A DNA stretch of 29,042 nucleotides, taken from positions 1 to 29,042 of the forward strand of contig JAHQWG010000032.1 in NCBI GenBank assembly GCA_029856045.1. The letters are read 5' to 3'. This DNA is from Promethearchaeia archaeon (GTDB taxonomy: Archaea; Asgardarchaeota; Lokiarchaeia; Sigyniarchaeales; SOKP01). Made by a program: the position numbers and the translations under genes. Positions 1 to 7,823 of this stretch are shown here, one piece after another (the stretch's first letter is position 1; every line of letters begins with the position of its first letter). The notes under the pieces are model-generated. The model was not told the origin of the DNA. It did not search any database and saw only the letters and a list, made by a program, of their open reading frames with translations.

Positions 1-102
1 TTTTCAACAAGAGTTATAAGCCTTGCTAAAGCAATTTTATCTTTTTTTTTAAATTTCTCAATTAAAACATCAACGTCATAATTTTTTGGATAAAATTATC
101 AT
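1..102 (-). CDS. meaB: 5' end of a MeaB/ArgK-family GTPase (methylmalonyl-CoA mutase-associated); runs off the window
   Basis: Minus-strand frame 95..3 reads FYPKNYDVDVLIEKFKKKDKIALARLITLVE, matching the MeaB N-terminal D-x-x-ALAR-x-ITLVE motif. Only ~30 codons are visible and there is no in-frame ATG/GTG/TTG; the ATG at 102..100 is one base out of frame. Confidence 0.65.
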
Positions 103-175
103 CTAAAAATAAATATATATTTACAAATTTTTTTGGAATTAATACTCAAAAAAATAAATTTTAAATTGATATTTT

Positions 176-706
176 TTGCCTTACAACGCTTCTATTGATG
201 TTGTAGTCTCAGATATTACCGAACTCGAAGTAGATGCAATAGTTAATCCTACAAATACAAAATTATTACCCGGAGGCGGAATACCTACCCAAATCCTAAG
301 AAAAGGTGGAAGTGTTATTCAGGTTCAATGTAATGCAATTATCAAAAAAGTCACAACATTACCTATTGGCTCATCGGTAATTACAACTGGTGGAAAACTC
401 AAAGCCCTCAATGTCATTCATACTGTTTGCCCTTATAAGGGTTTAGGGAATGAAAAAAACAAGCTAAGATTATGCACCATAAATTCCTTAAAACTTTTAG
501 ATAAACATAAATTAAAATCAATTGCATTTCCATTAATTTCCATAGGGCTACATGGATTCACAGTTGAACAAAGTGCCACTATTATGTTGGATTCTATAAA
601 AGAATATTTACAAACGAATATTACAGTAGAAAAGATAATTTTTTGTTTGGAGGACGATGATACATATAAAGAATTTGAGAAAGTAATTCTTAATTTTAAA
701 TTTTAA
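176..706 (+). CDS. Macro-domain (ADP-ribose binding/processing) protein
   Basis: DIT..VDAIVNPTN..L.PGGG, ITTGGKL, VIHTVCP and SIAFPLISIGLHGF motifs; TTG start. Confidence 0.9.
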   Translation: MPYNASIDVVVSDITELEVDAIVNPTNTKLLPGGGIPTQILRKGGSVIQVQCNAIIKKVTTLPIGSSVITTGGKLKALNVIHTVCPYKGLGNEKNKLRLCTINSLKLLDKHKLKSIAFPLISIGLHGFTVEQSATIMLDSIKEYLQTNITVEKIIFCLEDDDTYKEFEKVILNFKF

Positions 707-812
707 AAAAAAGCAATGCTTCTTTTATAAGATTTTTATCTTTTATTAAGAAACATATCTATAAATATTTAAACGAACATTTTAATCTAAAAAGACAAAG
801 TTTGTATAGACA

Positions 813-1169
813 ATGAATGAAGATAATGAATATGTGAAAAAATTGTATAACTGTCCTGTGTGCAAGGAAACACACACTGTAAATCTTCCTAAAAATTTAG
901 CTGATAATCGAAAAAAATATCCATTTACTTACGTTTTTCTGCACGGAGAATTAAAGGATTTATTAACTACACTTTACATTGATAAAAATTTGCAAATACG
1001 TGGCGAACGTGTAATAAAATTGCGGGATGATGATATATTTTCTAAAGAGCAAGTTTTAAAGATCACACAACAATTAATGAATGAGATAGTAAACTTGCAA
1101 AATGAAAATAATCACCTCCGAAATGAACTAGATAAATTGAAGAAAAGAACAATCACTGAAATTCATTAA
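813..1169 (+). CDS. Small hypothetical protein with CxxC..H motif and C-terminal coiled coil
   Basis: 118-aa ORF with ATG start; CPVCKETH, YPFTYVFLHG, LYIDKNLQIRG, then a heptad-like LMNEIVNLQNENNHLRNELDKL. Confidence 0.85.
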   Translation: MNEDNEYVKKLYNCPVCKETHTVNLPKNLADNRKKYPFTYVFLHGELKDLLTTLYIDKNLQIRGERVIKLRDDDIFSKEQVLKITQQLMNEIVNLQNENNHLRNELDKLKKRTITEIH

Positions 1170-1223
1170 ATTAAGAATAATGTAAAAATCAATCTTTGTT
1201 TTAAAAGAGATTTACTTATTAAG
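1146..1223 (+). repeat. Direct repeat, copy 1 (78 bp; partner 3349..3426)
   Basis: agaacaatcactgaaattcattaaattaagaataatgtaaa (41 bp) is identical to 3349..3389; the next 37 bp align without gaps with 5 mismatches. It overlaps the last 24 nt of ORF 813..1169. Confidence 0.95.
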
Positions 1224-1344
1224 ACTTTTTTTTTAGTTTTGTCCTGAAGACATTAAAAAAGATATTAAGTAAAATTGGTAAATAGATCTATTAAATCTAT
1301 AATATTAAGATAAATAATATGAAAGAGATAAGTAAAAGGGAAAA

Positions 1345-1797
1345 ATGAATAAGAAATAGCTTAAAAAACTAAAACAAGAAATAAGAGATTTACATTTTGA
1401 AAAGGGATTAAGTGTTTATGCAATCGGAATTTCAATAAATAAAAAGTAGAATTTAGATTGGATAGACAAAAATTATAAAGAATTTTTTATGTTAAAAAGA
1501 GGAATTTCTAATTTAATTCGAAGTTTTTTAGGTTATAATACTTGGGAAGATTATAAGAAGTGATATACAAAAGTTCATTCAAGAGCAAGATATAAATCTG
1601 GTTTTACTGATAAACTCAAAAAAGAAATAAAAGAATTATATAATTATGAATGTGGAGAATGTGGATTAACAGAAAACTTAGAAGTACACCATATAGATGG
1701 AGATTTTACCAATAATGAAAAAAGTAATTTAAAATATCTCTGTAAAAAATGCCATATAGAGTACGAGAGGCTTCAAAGAGGGAGTTATAGTTCTTAA
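1345..1797 (+). pseudogene. HNH endonuclease, interrupted by three in-frame stops
   Basis: One frame from ATG 1345 to TAA 1797 ends ...YNYECGECGLTENLEVHHIDGDFTNNEKSNLKYLCKKCHIEY..., the canonical CxxC-HH-N-N-CxxCH pattern. Internal stops: TAG 1357, TAG 1447, TGA 1561. Absent from the ORF track. Confidence 0.88.
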
Positions 1798-1961
1798 TCC
1801 TGAGCTTTTAAATTTATAATATTTTGTTTCTGATCCATTCATAATTTCTGTTATAAAATTCATAATTATAAATATTGATCTTATTTTCATTGATATTATA
1901 ATAAATGTCATCATACTAGAGTTAGAAAATGAAAAAACAGAAAAGAAATAATTAGGATTAT

Positions 1962-3113
1962 TTAAAGTTCATATCCACACTTCATACAAAAGTTCTCTCC
2001 TTCATTTAATTTCCTTCCACAATTAGGACAAAAAGCAATAATCTCTTTTATTTGTTCAGATCTCTGAGTACTAGCCTGTTTCGGTTGATTTTCAAATGAA
2101 CTTCTGCTTAACTGCTCTGGTTTCGACTGTCTTTTTTTAATAAGAACTATTACAATTGCGATAAATCCTACAATGATGATAACTGGTAAGAAGATCCATA
2201 AAAGGATTAATCCACCTAAGAAAGTTGTTGTGGGATCATTACCTCCGACATTAATTGAAAAATAATCACTATAATCATATACTCTCGAATCATCGTGATC
2301 GGCTATTTTAATTCGATAATCTGTTCCATAATAATCTTTGGAACTCCATACATAAAAATCATATTCTCCATTATTATCAGTATAACTGTATGTAATATCC
2401 TCAACAAGTGAATTTCCCTTAAAAAGTTGGATTTTTACTTTTTCAATTGACCCCTTAGAACTCCATCTTATAGAATAATCATTAAAATCCTCCCATTTAT
2501 CATTTTCTTTTGGACTCTTTATAGCAATTTCAGCTATTTCCGAATAAGTCCAAATTAATTTTGGGTGATCACTATAAGAATAATCTTCTCTAGATGAGAT
2601 AATAACATAATCACTAATATAATTAGATATATCAACATAAGCACATATAGAGATATTATTTCTTCCTTCTATATATTCCGAAACATCGATTTTATAACTC
2701 CCTGATTGTCCTACAATTAAATTTGTTATAATCTCTTCTTTTTGAGGTTTATTTTGCCAAGTAATATTATATTCGTTCCAACTCTCATTTATTAGACAAA
2801 ATGTTAAGTTAATTGTTTGCTCAATACTCCAAATATCAAAAAAGATTTCTGATTTAGTCCAATCTACCGGTTTATCAGTAAAATTGAAATATAAGTATGA
2901 TTTTAATTCATTTGACTTAGTATAACCAAAACCTGCTTTTAACCAATCTTGTCCTCCATAATTTGAAGTTGGGTTTAATTCACTTACATAACTATCTTTT
3001 TCCGCTACAGTTGATATTGTTGCATCTCGAGTTATTCCTTTTATAGGTATTATAGAAAATATTAAACCAAATACAATTAACATCCCAAAAAATACTGTTT
3101 TTTTATTTCTCAT
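1962..3113 (-). CDS. Membrane-anchored surface protein: DNRLRE/CBM96-like domain, Ig-like (Ser/Thr-rich GPI-anchored family-like) domain, TM helix, C-terminal zinc ribbon
   Basis: Signal peptide; DSYVSELNPTSNYG...SYLYFNF...W.E..ITW.NKP...SSRE...PKL; I.SP...W...IRW.S.G...YRIKI...SDYFSI; hydrophobic TM; CPNCG...FCMKCG. Confidence 0.85.
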   Translation of the reverse strand: MRNKKTVFFGMLIVFGLIFSIIPIKGITRDATISTVAEKDSYVSELNPTSNYGGQDWLKAGFGYTKSNELKSYLYFNFTDKPVDWTKSEIFFDIWSIEQTINLTFCLINESWNEYNITWQNKPQKEEIITNLIVGQSGSYKIDVSEYIEGRNNISICAYVDISNYISDYVIISSREDYSYSDHPKLIWTYSEIAEIAIKSPKENDKWEDFNDYSIRWSSKGSIEKVKIQLFKGNSLVEDITYSYTDNNGEYDFYVWSSKDYYGTDYRIKIADHDDSRVYDYSDYFSINVGGNDPTTTFLGGLILLWIFLPVIIIVGFIAIVIVLIKKRQSKPEQLSRSSFENQPKQASTQRSEQIKEIIAFCPNCGRKLNEGENFCMKCGYEL

Positions 3114-3348
3114 TATTATTTTTCATTTATCGGATTTTTATTAATCGTCATTAGTTTAATATTTATATTATTTAACATTTACCTTTTTATAGTGTCTTTT
3201 TAAGAAATAATTGGGAAATCAATAATAAATAATTTTAAGGAATGATACTTTCTAATAGAATCCTATTACGTTATAAGATATTAAAAAATTAAAAAAAATT
3301 AGAGATTTAATTCTTTTTTTTAAATCTTCAGAATATATATTTTTGTAT

Positions 3349-3426
3349 AGAACAATCACTGAAATTCATTAAATTAAGAATAATGTAAATATTATTCTTT
3401 ATTTTAAAAGAGAATTACTTATTAAG
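3349..3426 (+). repeat. Direct repeat, copy 2 (78 bp; partner 1146..1223)
   Basis: 73/78 identical to 1146..1223 by hand alignment. Confidence 0.95.
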
Positions 3427-3547
3427 CTTCTTAATTTAATTAATATTAAAAGATATTTAAGAAAATGTGAGTTACTAAAGTCTAATTTAATAGAATTTTG
3501 CAAAGAGATAATTTAATAAAGTTATCTTTACATTATTCTTAAGAAAT

Positions 3548-3591
3548 TTAAAGTTCTAAAAAATTAGAATTCTTAAAGTTCTAAAAAATTA
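3548..3591 (+). repeat. Tandem 19-bp direct repeat (period 25) upstream of the ABC operon; possible operator
   Basis: ttaaagttctaaaaaatta at 3548..3566 and 3573..3591. Confidence 0.8.
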
Positions 3592-3634
3592 AAAAATAAA
3601 ATATTTTATGCATATCTAAATAATTTTGATTAAA

Positions 3635-4663
3635 ATGACTAAAAAGGGAAATGATAAGAAAGGAAAAAAAATGGAAAAAAGGACTGAAGATAGTATATTT
3701 ACGGAAGAATTTGGAGATAAATTTAAAATAAAAGCAGAAAATATTCATAAAACATATCTTCTTGGTACTACAGCGGTTGCAGCCTTAAGAGGTGTGGATC
3801 TTAATGTTAAAGATCAAGATTTTGTAATCATTATGGGTCCAAGTGGAAGCGGAAAAACAACATTATTGAACCTTATAGGAGGATTAGATACTCCAACTCG
3901 AGGTAAGATCTTTTTAGAAGGTCAGAATATAAGTACCCTTTCTGATAATCAGTTAGCAGATATTAGAAGGGATAAAATTGGTTATGTGTTTCAATTTTAT
4001 AATTTATTACCCCAAATGACAGCTTTGGAAAATATTATGGTTCCGCTTCATTTTGCAGGTAAATTTAGCCGTAGGGGTAAGCGAAAGAGAGCTATGGATT
4101 TACTTGCAATGGTTGGACTTGATGAACGAGCACATCATACTCCTTCAGAGTTATCAGGAGGAGAACAGCAAAGAGTTGCAATTGCACGGGCATTTTCAAA
4201 TGATCCTGCAATATGTGTCTTAGATGAACCAACAGGCGATTTAGATAGTAAGACGGGTCAGATGATTATGAATTTATTACGAGATTTAAATAAAAGAGGT
4301 GCAACATTTGTTGCAGTAACGCATGATGCGAAAGTAGCAGAATTTGGAACAAGAACACTTCATATGCTTGATGGCAAGATTGTAGAAGAAGGAACTGTGA
4401 ATGGGCTCAAAGAAACAGAAATGATGAAAAAGATACGACAAAGTGAAGCAGAAGCAAATAAATCCAAGTGTGAATCTAATATATTTAAATATCTTTTTAA
4501 AAATCAAGGGCAGACAGAATATAACATTTCCATAATAAGGCAATCAATTCCAAAACCAATTCTTGATAATATTCCTTTGCATTTTAATGATATTCTCCAA
4601 GGAATGATAAAGGATGGAAAATTACCCGGAAAGATTCAAGGTCAAATGCTTATATTTGGATGA
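3635..4663 (+). CDS. ABC transporter ATP-binding protein, MacB/LolD/FtsE type, with ~85-aa C-terminal extension
   Basis: Walker A GPSGSGKT, Q-loop GYVFQFYNL, signature LSGGEQQRVAIARA, Walker B/D-loop VLDEPTGDLD, H-loop VTHD. ATG 3635 preferred over TTG 3626. Confidence 0.96.
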   Translation: MTKKGNDKKGKKMEKRTEDSIFTEEFGDKFKIKAENIHKTYLLGTTAVAALRGVDLNVKDQDFVIIMGPSGSGKTTLLNLIGGLDTPTRGKIFLEGQNISTLSDNQLADIRRDKIGYVFQFYNLLPQMTALENIMVPLHFAGKFSRRGKRKRAMDLLAMVGLDERAHHTPSELSGGEQQRVAIARAFSNDPAICVLDEPTGDLDSKTGQMIMNLLRDLNKRGATFVAVTHDAKVAEFGTRTLHMLDGKIVEEGTVNGLKETEMMKKIRQSEAEANKSKCESNIFKYLFKNQGQTEYNISIIRQSIPKPILDNIPLHFNDILQGMIKDGKLPGKIQGQMLIFG

Positions 4664-4781
4664 TTTAGTATTTGCATTAAAATCAACCTAATGCTATATT
4701 TAATTCTTAAGCCAAAAAATTACAATTCTTAAAAAAAATACTAAAAAAAAAATTGAGTGAAGAAGAAAGAATAGGAATATT

Positions 4782-7769
4782 ATGACAAATATTAAGACTA
4801 TTTTATCTTACAGCTTCAGAGACCTCCGCCGTCAGAAAGTTCGAACTATTTTAGGTATTTTGGGTGTGATGGTTTCCGTGGCTTTACTTACTATAGTTTT
4901 ATTTTTGTCTGATAGCATCTCAGTAACTTTCGTTGATTATCTTACTACAGATGCAGGTGATCAAGATGTTAGAATTTCAGTACGTCACTATGACACCGAG
5001 CCAGAAAATAGATCTAGCTATTTCAAGTATGCTGAAATGAGTGAAAACATCTTGAAAAATGTTTCAAAAATTAAGAACTGTATTCCAAGATTTGAATTAT
5101 ACTCAGAAGTAAATGAAACAGCAAATTATTCCACATCTGAAACAATCAATGTTACACGTGGAGCAAGGATCGTTGGAATTAATTTCACACTTGAAGATGA
5201 GTTGAAATTTGGTACTTTTGAAAAAAATGAAGAGCCAATGATAATTGAAGGATTAGAGCTTTATCATTTTATGGTTTATGAGACATTTAATGAAAAATTA
5301 AAGTTAATAGATGGTGATGTAATTAATTTTACGATTTTTTATGATAATGGAACAGACTGGATAAATAAAAGTATAAATTTAATTTTTGACAGCATTTTTG
5401 ATTTTGAAATAAAGTTTCCCTCAAATTATCGGGGGCATACTGTTATTTTAAGCCTTGAAACAGTTTATGCAATGCTTGGTGAAGAAGATTATGAGGGACA
5501 ATGTTCCCAATTAATTTGTACTTTTGAAGAGGGAGAGATTATATATGATATTAGGGATGTAGAGACTTCATATATAAATTCAAAAGCAATAGCTGAAGAT
5601 ATCCAATATCTTATCGGTTTTGATTATTATATTGATTTACCGAAACTTGAATATCTAGGATTTAGTGAATTTCTTTCAGTTGCTCTTTCTATAATTTTCG
5701 TTTTTATCTCTATTATAGCTATGCTTATAGCCGCCATATTAATTAATGGAATTTTAATGACTTCTGTGGAAGAAAGGATAAGGGAATTTGGTGTTTTCCG
5801 AACTTTAGGAGGACATAAAGTATTTAATCTATATATTGTTCTAGGCCAAGGACTCATATTATGCCTTTTTGGAACAACTTTAGGTATTATATTCGCTATT
5901 TTTGGAACTCAATTGATGTTAATTATAGTTAACATAATTTTTGCTGACCTATTTGGGTCATTTTTAGGTGGTGGATTGGTTTTTTCATATTCTTTTAGTT
6001 CCATTTTAATATCATATATAATGGGGATAATTGTTAGCTTAATGGTTAGTATAACTCCTGCCATTAAAGTTATGAAATTACAAATAGTTGAGGCAATAAA
6101 TCCTTACAGGAGAGAGGATGTTTTGTATCATTTAAGAAAAAAATCCTCAGTCAATTATAAATTAATATTAGTAGGTATTATATTAGCAGCAAATGGAGGT
6201 TTTATATATTTAGTTATACCTCAATTACTACTTACTATGGATTTTGCTCTTATAGCAGGAGTTTTAATCGCAATTCTATTGATTTTTTTGATAGGTTTAA
6301 CATTAGCTGGTTTAGGGTTAATGCCAGTAATATTAAATATTGTAATCAATCTTTTTAGACCTCTTTCAAGAAAACTCCATAATGTAATAAAGATATTTGT
6401 TAATAGGTTTCAAAGAAGAAACAATAACACTGTTGTAATGTTCGCCTTTTCTTTCTCTTTTGTTATATTTGCATCTTCTTTATTAGGATCTTTACAGGGT
6501 CAAATTGCAGATATGGAAAAAATCAATACTGGAGCAAGTTTAGTTGTGAGAACAACTACTTTTAGTAGCGAAGGTGGAGGTGGAGGACTTTTTGGAGGAG
6601 GGGGGATGTTTGGAGGTGGAGGTTTTGGCTTATTCTCTGAAACAATTAATACAAATGGAATTCATATTTCCAGCGAAATTGATCCAATAAGCACACTTAC
6701 AACAGAATTTCAACAAGAACTTATGACAATAGAAGGAATTGAACGAACTTCTTCAGTAATCGTAAGTCCAAATCAATTATCGCAGGTTTATATTGAAATT
6801 GGTAAGGAATTTTATGCAGATATTGCTGATTATGTTGGTTTTCAATCACATGAGATAAGTTTATATGGAATTGACGAGCATTACAAATCTACTATCTTTA
6901 TAAATGAAATAAAATTTTCAGAAGGGGATATTTCTAGTTTTGATAAATTGTTTGAAATAGATACAAATTATTGTATAATATCTGAAGCCATAGCACAATC
7001 TTTAGATTTTAGATTAGGAGAAGAAATAAGAATAACTTTTACAAGAGGGGATGAGATTGAATATGTTCCTTTTCATATTGCTGGAATCGCCAATACTATG
7101 CCAGGTTTTTCTAGATTTAAATCTTCAGTATCAGCAGCAGACCGTGGAGGTGTTTTGATATCTCAAGAAAATTTTATTGAATATATGGACATTCCTGAGC
7201 CTGCATTTATAGATAAAATATTTATTAAACTTATTGATGAAAAAATATCTCAAATAGACCAAATTGAAGAAGAAATCATTAATAAATATGAAACAAATTA
7301 TGCCTTTTATATTTCAAATGTAGAGCGATCTATAAGGAATCAAGAAGAGACCTTTAGATATCTTAATGTGCTTTTCCAATTAATAACAATGACAACGGTT
7401 GTGATCTGTTTATTTGGATTGCTTTCTGCCTCATATTCTACAATTTTAGAACGAAAAAAAGAGATTGCAATAGTAAGAACATTAGGATTAAAAGGTAATA
7501 ATGTTAATCGAATGTTTATAATTGAGGCATTTATTATAATGATTTCTTCTGGAGCTGTAGGAGTTCTCGTCGGTTGGCTCACTGCATGGCTATTAACATC
7601 AAATATGTCAACATTTACTGATATGCCATTTCATGGTTCTTTCCCATGGGATTCATTATTTTTAGTTTATGGATTATGCTCAATTGTTACTTTAATTGGA
7701 ATGCAAATCTTACTGAAAAAAGTTCGCACAGGAAATATTATCGAAATTTATAGAGAATCAGGGGTATGA
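4782..7769 (+). CDS. Double-length FtsX/MacB-like ABC permease (permease 1)
   Basis: RTILGILGV first TM; two coupling motifs ERIREFGVFRTLG and ERKKEIAIVRTLG; two large extracytoplasmic domains; about 10-11 TM helices. Confidence 0.94.
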   Translation: MTNIKTILSYSFRDLRRQKVRTILGILGVMVSVALLTIVLFLSDSISVTFVDYLTTDAGDQDVRISVRHYDTEPENRSSYFKYAEMSENILKNVSKIKNCIPRFELYSEVNETANYSTSETINVTRGARIVGINFTLEDELKFGTFEKNEEPMIIEGLELYHFMVYETFNEKLKLIDGDVINFTIFYDNGTDWINKSINLIFDSIFDFEIKFPSNYRGHTVILSLETVYAMLGEEDYEGQCSQLICTFEEGEIIYDIRDVETSYINSKAIAEDIQYLIGFDYYIDLPKLEYLGFSEFLSVALSIIFVFISIIAMLIAAILINGILMTSVEERIREFGVFRTLGGHKVFNLYIVLGQGLILCLFGTTLGIIFAIFGTQLMLIIVNIIFADLFGSFLGGGLVFSYSFSSILISYIMGIIVSLMVSITPAIKVMKLQIVEAINPYRREDVLYHLRKKSSVNYKLILVGIILAANGGFIYLVIPQLLLTMDFALIAGVLIAILLIFLIGLTLAGLGLMPVILNIVINLFRPLSRKLHNVIKIFVNRFQRRNNNTVVMFAFSFSFVIFASSLLGSLQGQIADMEKINTGASLVVRTTTFSSEGGGGGLFGGGGMFGGGGFGLFSETINTNGIHISSEIDPISTLTTEFQQELMTIEGIERTSSVIVSPNQLSQVYIEIGKEFYADIADYVGFQSHEISLYGIDEHYKSTIFINEIKFSEGDISSFDKLFEIDTNYCIISEAIAQSLDFRLGEEIRITFTRGDEIEYVPFHIAGIANTMPGFSRFKSSVSAADRGGVLISQENFIEYMDIPEPAFIDKIFIKLIDEKISQIDQIEEEIINKYETNYAFYISNVERSIRNQEETFRYLNVLFQLITMTTVVICLFGLLSASYSTILERKKEIAIVRTLGLKGNNVNRMFIIEAFIIMISSGAVGVLVGWLTAWLLTSNMSTFTDMPFHGSFPWDSLFLVYGLCSIVTLIGMQILLKKVRTGNIIEIYRESGV

Positions 7770-7823
7770 AATTCTTAAATTATAAAGTTAATATTGAAAA
7801 GAGTAAGAGGAAAGTAATATAAA

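Larger units (their letters stand above)
1146..3426. mobile_element. Putative small genomic islet bounded by direct repeats; no integrase or transposase inside
   Basis: 78-bp direct repeats 2203 bp apart, duplicating a gene 3' end, enclose an HNH remnant and a surface-protein gene. Confidence 0.45.

Noticed and set aside
1561-1563. TGA as a selenocysteine codon in the HNH frame
   Set aside because: It is not at a Cys-equivalent motif position, two TAG stops also interrupt the frame, and no SECIS-like hairpin was recognised.
1729-1914. 61-aa minus-strand ORF
   Set aside because: Low-complexity, no motif, and antisense to the 3' end of the HNH frame.
1146-3426. 78-bp repeats as integron attC sites or CRISPR repeats
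   Set aside because: No AAC...GTT R-box pair or long hairpin; only two copies 2.2 kb apart; no integrase or cas genes in the window.
3548-3591. 19-bp repeats as a mini-CRISPR
   Set aside because: The spacer is only 6 bp and there are two copies.
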